DNA of 64,000 nucleotides from Eledone cirrhosa. Taxonomy: Eukaryota. Below the pieces are notes generated by a model. The model had not been told where the DNA came from. It worked only from the letters and a program-made list of their open reading frames with translations, and made no database searches. Position numbers and translations under genes: made by a program. Positions 11,610-24,251 of the stretch are shown here, in pieces. Location of the stretch: the NCBI GenBank assembly GCA_964016885.1, contig OZ024760.1, positions 7,564,001-7,628,000 on the forward strand, given 5' to 3'. Each line of letters starts with the position of its first letter. Position 1 is the first letter of the stretch.

Positions 11610-12951
11610 GTAAGTCAGTCATGTGTATATATATATTTTGAATTGAGTTTGAATTATTTTCCCATATCTTACGTTAATTTTTTTCCATTTTGACGTTATA
11701 GTCACTTATAAATTATGAAATACTGTTGGCTTCTTGCTCACCAGTAATGTACTGGGTAATTGATGGCCTTGTGCCAAAAGTAGAAACAATTAATTTCTCT
11801 ATTTTCATTTACATTTATATATATATATTTCGTTTCTGAATTTGTTTAGCAAGATTCTTTATCTGAAATCGTGTGTTGAAACCGATATTGTTATACTTTG
11901 GGAGGGTCATGTTGCCAATAAGAAACACACGCACCAGTTGCTTTCACTTCAATTTATTATATATTTATAAATTGACAAATCTACAAACTTATAAATTTCT
12001 GGTTGGTTGGTTGGTTCCACAACCAGATAGTTGTTTATATATATAGTCATAGTCCTTTCGTCACACACTCTGTGACCTCTTCAGTGACTGGGGATTCCTT
12101 TCTTCGTTTCTGTGCCTTTTCTTTCTTCTATCCTACGCCATTTTGTTTCTGTGTGTGTTTGTGTTCATTTTTCTATTTGTTTATTTATTTATTGTTGGTT
12201 GGTTGTTTGTTCTATGTGTGTGTGGCAACATAACCCTCCCAAAGTATAACAATATATATATATATTTATATGTAAAAGTTCTATTTAAAATTGTTGGGAT
12301 ACAACAAGTAAATATTTTTATAACTGATATAAAGCACTCGACAAGTATTTGGAGTAGATATACGATATTAATAAATGGAAACTATTTTTATAAAACCATA
12401 TGGTTTTATAAATATAGTTTCCATTTATTAATATCGTATATATATTTATATATATATATATATACACAGGGTGTCTCCAAAAAACGTACACACAACATTT
12501 ATTAGAAGGCATTCATTTGGGGTGGGAGGGACATCCTGTATGTGTGTGTGTGTATATATATATATTATTATTTATGTTTTACCTAACTTTTCAAGGTCCA
12601 ATTATGACCAACTCCCCGGATCTCTCTCTATATGTGTGTGTGTGTGTGTGTGTAATACAACTACGAATTGAGAGATCACAGCTATGCGCATGTGGTTAGA
12701 ATGTGTCAGGAAAGAATCGCTGGACAGATTTTACAGGCAAAACCAACCAGCAGGAGACCCAAGGGTGGCCCCCCGAGCAAAATGATTGGATAACATCCAT
12801 GAACTTGGCTGGTTTCACTTGGGGTCCAGCTGGAGACGGTTGCGTGTGACTGGAAGGTGTGTTTGAGGACTCGGCCTCCACAACCCACTCAGGAATAAGT
12901 GGGTGAAGAAGTAATACAACTTAAAGTTTAGGGAGTATTGTAACTTTATTT

Positions 12952-13262
12952 GGCACTACAACGCTATTAGCTGTCAGTCGAAAGCAGCCGATGAAAGCAA
13001 AACATCGTTTATTTCCGTATTACTACGACGCGTAAGCGGAGTTTTTTTTTTCTTCTAATTAACTTAAATTTGTTTTCTAATTTGGCCCTTTTAAGGGCCA
13101 CCTATATTTTCATTAAGTAACTCCACTTACATCGATATGCTTTAATAAAAAACGCGTGAAAACTCCACTTACGCGTGGTGGTAGTAATACGGAAATAAAC
13201 GATGACGAATGACGTCACCTTCGTTTGCTTTCACGACTGACAGCTAATAGCGTTGTAGTGCC
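12952..13262. mobile_element. MITE with long TIRs and 8-bp TSD (ctttattt), GG termini, Merlin-like
   Basis: ggcactacaacgctattagctgtcagtcg inverted at both ends; ctttattt at 12944-12951 and 13263-13270. Confidence 0.85.
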
Positions 13263-13610
13263 CTTTATTTTTACATACGTTTCACCAATTGTAGAAATGA
13301 ATAATAGATGGGGATTATTAAGATAGGGGTATATATGAAATTGAAATCTCTTTACAACAAATGTTTCACAGGTGCTGCCTGGCTCCAACCCTTTAGCATT
13401 TACATTACTCTATATTTACTATTGTATTTTCGCGGTAAAGGCTTTATCTTACATAATATCAATTCTATGAGATTTTGATATTATTTATTTTGAGAACAGT
13501 ACCTTAACATCGGTATGAGTGGCCGGTTGAACAGAAAGAGATGAGAGAATTCTGGCCGGTTTAAATGCTGAAGGGTTAATATACTCTTTTTTAATTTAAA
13601 CAATTTGTAG

Positions 13611-13711
13611 GTATTCATTTCTGGACATTAGGACAGCGTATACACATTGGTGGACACACATCAGCCTACTTTGTGGCTGAAATCAACCCAAAGAATGGGG
13701 AAATTCTTGTG
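13611..13711 (+). CDS. TRMU: TRMU internal exon (IHFWTLGQRIHIGGHTSAYFVAEINPKNGEILV)
   Basis: ttgtag/gtgagt sites, 101 nt, phase 1-0; TLGQR motif. Confidence 0.93.
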
Positions 13712-14990
13712 GTGAGTAAAATCTTGTTTCTATATTGTGAGAGAGTGTCTGAGTGGTTAAAGCAGCATTACTCAACCTTTTTTACCCTTGTGGAATCCTT
13801 GAAATAGTTTTCAAGTCTCGGGGAACTCCTACAAGAAAATTATTATATACCGAATATTAATATCTCTTTCTTTATATATTTTTTTTATAAATAATATAAG
13901 AGGTTGAAGCCTTTATTATAATAACGAAGGATTTTCCAACAATATGCCGTACGTGTTTAGTAAAATTACGAATATAAAATTAAACAAAAATTACTTTAGA
14001 ATGCAATAGATTATTTATCACCATTTCTCACAGGGGCCCCAACGACCTCTTACAAAACCTCTAGCAACCCTTTGTGGAACCTCTCTTGACCTTTCACAAA
14101 ATCTCTAGTACCCTCTTGCAGAACACCGAACACCAGTTGAAAAACACTGAGTTGAAATATATATAGGATAACAGATCTGACATATAAAATACATGGCAGC
14201 CAACAAGCCAAAATAACCTAGCAGCTATTATTGTGGATTGGCAGTATCGGTAGAGGGTCGGACGCCATGCTTTGACACATAGAGCTACGGCCCTTTACGA
14301 TCTGAGTTCAAATCCCGCCGAGGTTAACTTTGCCTTTCATCCTTACCGAGTCGATAAAATAAAGTACCAGTAATGTACTGGGTAATTTCTGGCCTTGTGT
14401 CAATAGTAGAAACAATTATTGTATTTTACATCATCTACATTGTTGCTGTTTAGCACCCGTTCTCCAAGTTGGCATGGTTTCTACAGCTGGATATCCTTCT
14501 TAGTACCAACCACTTTACAGAGTGTACTGGGTGCTTTTTGTCATGGCACCAGCACTAACACTTTGTGAGCTAGGCGTATTTTATTGTAACATGAACACTA
14601 CCACCTTACAGAGTGGACTGGGAGTAACTTATGGCATCATTACTGGAGAAGTCATATGTTCCACCAGACTTAAGAGTCCTCTCTATTCTATATTGTCTTC
14701 ATATATTATTGAGGTCAACTTTGCCTTTCATCCAATAAAAAAAGTACCAGTTACGTACTAGAGGTTGATTCTTCCACTATATCCGTCTCTGGAAGAAATG
14801 TGTCCAGGCCTGGAGAGGAGATGGGCTCTGCCACGTTTTGAAATGTCCTAGAAACACTGTATATCAAGATTAAACCCCTACATCTCCTGCAGGAGTTACA
14901 GGACCTTGTTATTTGCTTCTATATTGTAGTTTTTATTCTACTTATTGTATACAAATCTGACCAGTCTTGTATTGTTTTTATATTGTCTAG

Positions 14991-15326
14991 GCCCCTGGTA
15001 CCCATCATGCAGCATTATTTAGGGATTCCTTTGTTATTGAGGAACCCCATTGGATCCATTCAACACCAGACTTCAGCAAAGGGTCTGTTACATTGGACTT
15101 CCGTTTTCAACATATCCACCCGTTGGTCACCTGCCAGATACACAGGTCTGATAACAAATACACAGTCATGTTGGAGAAACCAATGCGGGCCATCTGTCCG
15201 GGACAATATGCGGTGTTCTACAATGATGAAGAGTGCTTAGGGAGTGCACAAATTCAAACAGTAAAGCCATCATATTGGAGACAAAATAAACGAGACCCAA
15301 TTCATTTGTCCAAAGACTTCTTGTGA
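14991..15326 (+). CDS. TRMU: TRMU last coding exon (APGTHHAALF...RAICPGQYAVFYNDEECLGSA...DFL*)
   Basis: gtctag acceptor, 336 nt to TGA; PGQ-AVFY-CLG C-terminal motif of MnmA. Confidence 0.93.
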   Translation, partial: APGTHHAALFRDSFVIEEPHWIHSTPDFSKGSVTLDFRFQHIHPLVTCQIHRSDNKYTVMLEKPMRAICPGQYAVFYNDEECLGSAQIQTVKPSYWRQNKRDPIHLSKDFL

Positions 15327-17668
15327 CCCCCCTACCTTAGCTCATATTAACCCTTTAACATTTAAACTGGCTGTATCTGGCCAGAATTCTCTCAACTCTT
15401 TCCGTTCAAGCCGGCCGTAACTGTCTACTCATACTGATGTTAAGGTATTGTTCTCAAAATATGAGATAAAGCCGTTACCACAAAAATACAAAAGTATATA
15501 TAAAGTTATGTAAATACCAAAGAGTTAACCCCATCGTATAGAAAAAACGCTAAAATATTTAAGCCAATTTCCCCTAAAATAGGGGGGGGATCTCATGATT
15601 AAACTTCACTTTGCCCTACAGACTACACCATACCCCCATGTGCCTCACCAACCCCTTGACTTTAGTTTCCTCTTCCTCGATCATCTGCTAAATTAGTTAA
15701 ATAAAATTCATTTCCATTCATAAAATAGCAATTGTTATAAATTCATTTATTAGGAATTATTAAGAAACAAGGTTAAAAGAAAATGAAAAAATGAAAAATT
15801 AAAAAAAAAAAAAAAATAAAACATTTGCAATCTGTTCAGTAAAGAAATATTTTTTTTTTTTTCCTTTCTCCAATTTATTATGATGGAGAATTACGAAATC
15901 ATTTACCATGAAATTTAAATTATTCACTAGCCTAAAATCTGAAAACGTAAATCTGTCAATCCCACACTAAGAAACGAAGACAATCTCCGAGACAGCAATA
16001 CTATCTGATGCTTCTTTAGAAATTATTTCTAATAATTAGATTTATTTATAATAATAATGCTTTCTGATTTAGACAAGCCCAACAATTTGGGGGGCAAAGG
16101 GTAAGTCGATTAAATCGACCCCCAGTGTGTTACTGGTACTTTATTTTATTAACGTCTTTAAAATGAAAGGCAAAGTTAATCTCAGCAGGATTTGAACTCA
16201 ATGTAAAGTGTTGCAACTATATGCTGCAAAGCATGTCTGATGCTCTACAGATACAAGTAACCCATCGCCCTTTTATTTGTAATAATATTTCTACGTTTGG
16301 CACAAGGCCAGCAATTATCCCAGTGTATTACTGGTACTTTATTTTATCGAGCCCCGTAAGGACGAAAGGCAAAGTTAACCATGGCGGGATTTGAACTCAG
16401 ACTGTAACTATGCTGCAAAGCATGGCACCTGCCAATATACCGCCTGTAGTGGCCAATCCACTGCCCTTTTATTTGCAAAAATAATTAGTGGGTGAGCTGG
16501 GTATTTTCAGGTGTATACAATCACTATTATCAGACTAGTCGTTAAGAAAAGAAGAATTAAATAGTTTCAATGCCTATGTAGCTTTAACCCTTCTGATACC
16601 TAACTGCCTGAAACTGGTCTGGATCTATGATGCATACATGGTCCTGCAACTCCAGCGGGAGTGGTAGGGTCACTGAATTCATATACAGCATTTTATAAGC
16701 ATGTTTCTTTTAACCGGACGGAACCCATCTCCTCTCCAGGTCTGAATACAGCAGATTTCTTCCAGAGAAGGATAGAGAAAATGTTAGTGAGAATGAGATA
16801 CAGAGGAGGAACCAACCTCACTATTTGACTGGTACTGTTTTTTTTATTAACCTAGAATTGATGAAAGGCAAAGTTGACCATGGTAAGATTTGAGAGCAGA
16901 GAGTCAAAATGAATACTGCAAAGCACTCTATCCAACATTTTAACTGCCTGGAATTTGATACAAAACTTAATTTTAAATCCTACTATAATTTTATTTTAAA
17001 TTTTTTTCCTAAGTAATGTCATAATTATCAATTTATTATTAAAAGAATTATTTTATTGAATTATTCCAAATATTTTTCAAAATTAATTGAAACAGTGTAC
17101 TTCATTAGAAATACACAGGCAGTGTACTTCATTAGAAATACACAGATGAAAGAGTCAATGAGGGTCTAACAACACTACATTATCAATTAAATAATAATTC
17201 CTTTCATTTACATATCTACTTTTTTGGAGGCCATATTATATACATACATTATATATACACACATATATATATATATATATATATATTTGAAGAACAAAAC
17301 TGTCAAAACAAAGTTTGGGTTACACCTAAACTTGATTCCTTGTTTTCTATATTCTTCAATTATTCATTAACCCAATACATTGGACTCCAGTGTGAGAACA
17401 CAGATGTTAGTGGACAGTGTTTGTACACCATTTGACATCCATTTTTTCCTGTTAAACGATATATTTCTTGTCAAAAAGTGGCAGTATCTTACAATACAAA
17501 TATCAGCTAGTTGTGGCCGCGCAGTAGGCAAAACCAGTTATTCATATACAATAAATTGATTCCTGCTAAACCTACATCAAATCTTTTTTTATTAGATGTC
17601 TGCAGACTGTAAAACATCCCAGTCATAACATCTGGGTGCATGCGTATACGCAAGTCCCAGTTTCAATC

Positions 17669-17699
<31 letters not shown>

Positions 17700-18520
17700 C
17701 ACAGTAAGTAAGGTACTCAATACATTAGTAGCATGTATATAACAAAATTTACTGTAGAAATGGCTTCTACGGGACTAGAACCATTTCATTCAAAAGAAAT
17801 CATCAGGAAAACCAAACTTTTAATAATTTCCTTGAAATGAAACTGTTCTAGTCCTGTAGAAGCCATTTCTATATTAAATTTTGTAATATATATATATATG
17901 TAGATTGCCAAGTTGTGTCGAGGACTAATCAGTCAAAAAAAAGGGTATTCAATACATTAATAAAGTATAGGCACCATTATTATATATAGAAATGACATCT
18001 ATAGGAGTTTCATTCGTATGAAATGATATTCCAAATAATTTCATACAAATGAAACAGTTCTAGTTCTGTAGCAGTCCAGCCTAAAGACCTACTCAAAATA
18101 GTGGCAGTTAATTTCAAGTTGAATTTGGTTAGAAAACAAAAGCTTTTGTATTTTTTGTTGAAAAAAAGTAATAAAATGTTTAGGAATAAAATAAATTTAA
18201 TGAAGATTATCAAAAAGAAATATTAAACAAAGGTTTTTTTTTCTTAAATCAATCAAGAAGAATGATAAAAAAGATTAACATTGGAGAGATATTCCGTCAT
18301 TGGAGAGACAAACTGACATCGGAGATATATATACCAGCATCTGATATATATATGTATACCGACACTGGAGGTTATAAACCAACACAAGAGAGATATATAT
18401 ACCGACACTGGAGGTTTCAAACCAACATGGGAGATATATACCGATAGTGGTGGTTATAAGCCAATATCAGAGAGATATATACCAACACTGGAGGTTACAA
18501 ACCAACATCATTGAGATATA

Positions 18521-18622
18521 TTAGGTTGAGTAATAATACACGAGCGTTTTTTTTTTAATTTAAAAATGCGCAGACCAAAACACTTAGGCAAAAAAACAAT
18601 CATGAATTATTACTCAGCCTAA
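18521..18622. mobile_element. mariner-like MITE inserted in a degenerate ~43-bp minisatellite (18280-19040)
   Basis: ttaggttgagtaataat / attattactcagcctaa TIRs, TA on both sides. Confidence 0.78.
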
Positions 18623-19311
18623 TATATACCGACACTGGTGGTTATAAGCCAATATCAGAGAGATATATACCGACACTGGTGGTTATAAGCCAATATCAGA
18701 GATATATATACCAACACTGGAGGTTATAAACCAACATGGGAGAGATATATACCGACACTGGTGGTTATAAACCAACATCAGAGGTATTAAGTCAACATCA
18801 AGGTAATGTACTGACATTGGAAGTTATAAACCCACATCAGATATATATATATATACACATATATATATCCACATAGGAGATATATACAGACATTGGAGGC
18901 AATAAGCCAACATCAGAGAGCAATACCGACAAACCCACATCTGAGATATATACCAACATTGGAGATATGTCCAGACATCGGAGAGCAATACTGACACAAA
19001 CCCACATCTGAGATATATACCAACATTGGCAGCAATAAGCCAACAAAGAAAATTGTTCTCATTCATATATATATATATATATATATTAAAAAAAAATGTT
19101 CAAACCCTATCCAGAAAGCACAATTTCTCCCGAAAAAATAAAAGAACCCCAACAAACACATAGCCACACAACGGCAGTGGGTTGCTGTGTGTTTACATAA
19201 GACCAAGGAAAGAAAGAGATGGGTTATGAGGAGAAGGTCTAAGTCCTAAAAATAAGTTCTGAAGAAAATAAATGTCATAATACAGAAATACTTGATACCA
19301 TGTTACATTAA

Positions 19312-19517
19312 CCCTTTAGCATTTAAACCGGCCATATCTGGTCAGAATCCTCTCACTTCTTTCTGTTCAAACCGGCTGTAACCAACCACTTGTACTGATG
19401 TTAAGGTATTGTTCTCAAAATAAATAACATCAAAATCTCAGATTTGATATTATGTGAGATAAAGTGTTTACTGCAAAAATACAATAGTATATATAGAGTA
19501 ATGTAAATGCTAAAGGG
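19312..19517. mobile_element. TTAA-flanked piggyBac-like MITE (~200 bp, TIR ccctttagcattta)
   Basis: TTAA on both sides; other copies at ~13389-13575, 15351-15524, 32550-32753, 41089-41301, 49404-49606 and 52636-52848. Confidence 0.85.
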
Positions 19518-19938
19518 TTAAAAGAGATGATAGGGTGCAGGGAAGGCTGGGTGGGAAAGGTTTGTTGTTTCTTTTTTGAATATACATCAATAATTAGCAA
19601 CAAGAAAGTTGATACCTGTACAGAGAAAAGGAACTAATTTTTCAGTTGTTTTTCTTTTCATTTTACTAAAACCCTTAAATTTTAGAGGGGAATAGGAAAA
19701 CTGGAAGAGGGAAGCTAGGTGTTTAATTTAGTAATTATATATACATATGTAATGCATGTATATATACATGTGTGTGTATGTGTATATCATTAATATTTTA
19801 AAAAAAAAACCCTTCGGTCGTGAATGACCATGGGATTTGCATCTCGAAAGTTCCCTGGCGAGGCACAAGTCTGTATACACACATGCATACATAAATGCAT
19901 ATATATATATATATATACACACACACATACATATACCT

Positions 19939-19983
<45 letters not shown>

Positions 19984-20022
19984 CATACAATACACACACA
20001 CACATATATATACCCCTATACA

Positions 20023-20060
<38 letters not shown>

Positions 20061-20233
20061 CACTGCCTCAAGAGTGAGTGAGTTATTTTCAATGATCATG
20101 TCCACTGGAGGGAGATATTTCTGTTTTGAAGGGAAAACAAATTTAAACGGCAGACAGGGACATGAGGCAGGGGCTTAGGGAAGGTTTATAGGGCGGCAGA
20201 GAGAGAAAACCCTCTAGTTCAATTACGATTTTC

Positions 20234-20239
20234 TTTATT
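20234..20239 (-). promoter_or_regulatory. Candidate HUWE1 polyadenylation signal (AATAAA on -)
   Basis: tttatt on +, about 1.5 kb downstream of the stop codon; one of several candidates. Confidence 0.4.
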
Positions 20240-20835
20240 GAACAAAGGTATCAATTTTGTTGGTACAGCTTGTAGCTGGAAAACATAACATAATAACTTA
20301 GTCCAAGGGACATTCATTCATGCAAAATATTTCAGGTCTATACAAAGAACAATTACATCCAATGAAGTGTGTATAGGTGGTTTAGCCAACCAACCAACAA
20401 ACCAACCAGTCAACCATATCAGTCCACTTAATCACCAGCACACACTGCTGTCTGGCAGCTAACAGTTTTTTTTAAGGTTTTTTTTTTCAAATTTGATTTT
20501 TTTTTTTAAAGGGGAGGAGGAGGGTTCTTTTTTGTTGTTTTGTTTTTAAGAAAAAAAAAATGGTAGCTGAAAGAAGAGCCTCACACCACTCTCTCTTCAT
20601 CAAACTTTATTATCATTTCTTGGGGGTCCTTTTTTTTTTTTTTCGTAGTTGTTTTTTTTCATTTATTTATTTTAAAACAAACTCTTTTCTCTGATACAAA
20701 AGAGTGAGACAAAAAGAATGAGGAAGAAGAAAAAAGAAACCTGAGGGAGAGAATAATCAGCGCTTATCTCTCAAAGATAATTGCAATTTCCATATTTAGA
20801 ATTCAATTATTACAGTCATTCACACAAACACACAC

Positions 20836-20870
<35 letters not shown>

Positions 20871-20914
20871 AAGAGATATACATACAAGTGTGTGTGTGCG
20901 TGCTTATGTGTGTA

Positions 20915-20948
<34 letters not shown>

Positions 20949-21033
20949 CATAAGTGTGGATGCACGTGTGTATATATATATATACACATACCCACATATA
21001 TATCTATATATATACACACACACTATATGTATA

Positions 21034-21064
<31 letters not shown>

Positions 21065-21429
21065 TATACAGGTCTTTTTATTACAGAATTCTGCATTCAA
21101 AGTTGTATAGATTGAGATTGTATTTTTTTTTCGTCGTATTTTTTTATTTTATTTATTCTTATTTCTCTTTCTTTTCTTTTCCTTTGTGGCTTTTATTATT
21201 ATTATTATTTAGAGATGTGTGAAGATCTAGGTAAGTAACTGATATATCTATGAGCTGGAATAGTGTGGGGGTGGTACAGGGGGAGGGGGCAAGACAGCTG
21301 CTGCTGCTGTCGCTGCTACCACCAAAATGCTGTTACTGCTGCTGATGCCATTTGGCTACATTATCAAATGGAGCAATTTTATTTATTTATTCATTCATTT
21401 TATTTATTTATTTGCAAACTTGGAGCCTT

Positions 21430-21465
<36 letters not shown>

Positions 21466-21479
21466 AATGCACACACAAA

Positions 21480-21524
<45 letters not shown>

Positions 21525-21553
21525 TACACGTATATTACATGTTTGTATGTGTA

Positions 21554-21594
<41 letters not shown>

Positions 21595-21759
21595 TATATA
21601 TATATATATATATCACATATATATATATGTGCATGTGTGTGTATATGTATAAGTGTGCATGTGTGCGTGTGTGTGTGTGTATATGTGTGTGAATGTACAT
21701 GTATATATACTTTTATATTTCTCATGTTGAAGTCCATTTGGTTTATGTTTGGATATGAT

Positions 21760-21862
21760 TTAAGCCAGACCAAAGCCTTCAGAACATTCATTTATTGCCA
21801 GCAGTAACATATGCCGCAATTTGTCGTAGGTCTCGTAGGCTGGAAGATCCAACTGGTTGAAG
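21760..21862 (-). CDS. HUWE1: HUWE1 last coding exon ([33 protein letters not shown])
   Basis: ttcag acceptor, 103 nt to TAA; C-terminus typical of HUWE1. Confidence 0.97.
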
Positions 21863-21920
21863 CTGAAAGAAAATAAAGAAATACAAAAAAAAAATATTAT
21901 TATACAATACCAGCATAAAT

Positions 21921-22236
21921 GTGTTGAGAGAGAAACTGTGTCTGAGAGGGATAGAATGTAGTGTATGGGAGAGGAGACTGAGGTGGTATGGACATGTGAT
22001 GCGCATGGAGGATGACCGATGGGTGAAGAAGTGCCAGGAATTGCCAGTTGAAGGAAGACGTGGTAGAGGTAGACCACGAAAAACATGGGCGGAGGTGGTG
22101 AGAACAGACCTCAGATCATTGAAGCTCACGGTGGAGATGACGAGGGACCGTGACGAGTGGAGAGATGCTGTGCTGAATAAGACCCGTCCCACCCTTGCAA
22201 GCAGGGAAAAGCGGACGTAAAATGATGATGATGATG
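21921..22236 (+). mobile_element. 5'-truncated RTE-clade LINE 3' end in the last HUWE1 intron
   Basis: [12 protein letters not shown]...[12 protein letters not shown]...DRDEWR motif, (tga)n tail. Confidence 0.9.
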
Positions 22237-22934
22237 AATACGATGGCTCTTAAGAAATTCTAACAAAATCATCATCGTTCAATGTCCATTTTCCACGCTA
22301 GCTTGGGTTAGATGGGTTTGCGGCAAGTTGGGTCGGGTGACCATGTCTTGCTCATATAGGTTTAGCTGGCCTCCTACCAGGTTGCATCTCATAGGTTTCT
22401 CAGGTGTTTTAACAATAGAGGTGTGCAGTCCTATTATGTGATTACAGCTCACACCTATATGTAGATTTAGTTGGTTCTACCAGGTTGCATTGCAAAAGCT
22501 TTCTCGGACGTTTTAATGATAGGGAGCTGAAGTCCTATCATGAATAGCAACGTGAAGTGTAGCGCTTTGCTCAAGAACACAACATGCCACCCAGTCAAGG
22601 AACCAAACCCATGATTTTATGATCAGAAGTCCTCCACCACCCCAACGACCAGGCCATATGATTTCTTCAAACCAAATAAAACCAAAATTATCAGAGACCA
22701 GTTACATAAGAGAATGTACAACACCTGACATTAGGATTCATCATCAGCATCATTTAATGTCTATTTTCCGCACTAGCATGGGTTAGACAGGTTTGTCCCA
22801 TTAGAGGCAAGTTGGGTTGGATGACCGTGTCTTGCTCATATAGCACTGATTCTGGCTAGATTTCTACAGCTGGATGCCCTTCCTAACGCCAACCTCATTT
22901 ACAGTGTGTGCAGGGTGCTTTTTGTTGTGTCTCT

Positions 22935-23172
22935 TACACAACCTCTTTACAGAGTGGGCTGGGTGCTTTTTATCACAACACCTATACAACCCCGTTACAG
23001 TGTGGGCTGTGTGCCGTGTCTCCTATACAACCCCGTTACAGTGTGGGCTGTGTGCCGTGTCTCCTATACAACCCCGTTACAGTGTGGGCTGTGTGCCGTG
23101 TCTCCTACACAATCACTTTACAGTGTGGGCTGTGTGCCGTGTCTCCTACACAATCACTTTACAGTGTGGGCT
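22935..23172. repeat. 41-bp minisatellite (~5-6 copies) next to the penultimate HUWE1 exon donor
   Basis: cccgttacagtgtgggctgtgtgccgtgtctcctatacaac at 22991, 23032 and 23073. Confidence 0.85.
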
Positions 23173-23196
23173 GGATGTAAAAATCAACATACTCAC

Positions 23197-23387
23197 CAGG
23201 TGTGTGCAGTGGGAAGTCTATCTGTGGAGCGATCATCTCTATGAATTTGAAATTTCTGAATACCATTCATTCCCTCCAGGTAAGCAAAGCCCTGGAGTGG
23301 AACCTTTGAAGTTCCGGTAACAAACTGTATAAACCGAGCACGGTTGGCTTGATCAAAAGATCGCAATGCTCGCCAAAACCACTGAAT
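23197..23387 (-). CDS. HUWE1: HUWE1 HECT exon ([13 protein letters not shown]...[13 protein letters not shown]...LPTAHT-C)
   Basis: 191 nt, phase 0-2; ends in TG of the catalytic Cys codon. Confidence 0.96.
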
Positions 23388-23583
23388 CTAAAATTTGAAA
23401 TAAAAGTTTTTATCAGTTGTGACAATATATAATTTGATAGCGTTCTATTTTAGATTAATAAGCAATTTATTGAAAAACATTACTTCAGATGTATGGATGG
23501 ATGTGTGTATGTATGTGTGAGTAAGTAAGTATATCAATGTGTAATTGTACGTCAATATGTGTATGTTCCTACATCAATATGAG

Positions 23584-23650
<67 letters not shown>

Positions 23651-23951
23651 ACCAATGTAAGTATGGATGTGAGTGTGTACGACAGAGTGTATGAATGAAT
23701 GAATGTATGTGTGTGTGTGTCAGTACAATAATATGAGAGTGTACGACAATATGAGTATGAATGTATTATGTAAGTATATGTGTGTGAGTGTACTAAAATG
23801 AGAGAGTGTACAACCATATGAGAGAGTATATGTATGTACAAGTGAGTGTATGGCAATGAGAGTATGTGTATGTGAGTGAGTCTGTACAACAATATGAGTG
23901 AGTGTATGTATGTGTGTCAGTCTCTGTATGATAACATGAGAGAGTGCTTAC

Positions 23952-24251
23952 CTGTAAAGAGTTGGGTTGGTATTTGTGGTACTCTGAGTTAGCCTTCAGA
24001 TCATCAATATCAATGTTAGGCAAACCAGAAATGAGCAACTCCAGCTCCTGCTCATTGAAGATAGAGATCAAGCGTTTGGGAATAATATCATAGAAGCCCT
24101 CCAGGAAAGCATCTAGTTGCTTGCGAATCGATTCTGTCATTCTCATTTGGCAAACTATTTTTACATATTCTTTCTTGTTTTCTTCCGTTACAGTTAAGTT
24201 GCGTCCATCAGGTTTTAAGTCTCGTGCTTCAGTGACACCAAATTCCTGGAT
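23952..24251 (-). CDS. HUWE1: HUWE1 HECT exon ([14 protein letters not shown]...[10 protein letters not shown]...SLQ)
   Basis: 300 nt, phase 0-0. Confidence 0.96.

Noticed and set aside
17669-17696. Long poly-G tract (also 10114-10131) as a functional G-quadruplex
   Set aside because: Homopolymer length is unreliable in assemblies, and one tract is simply an expansion inside a SINE.
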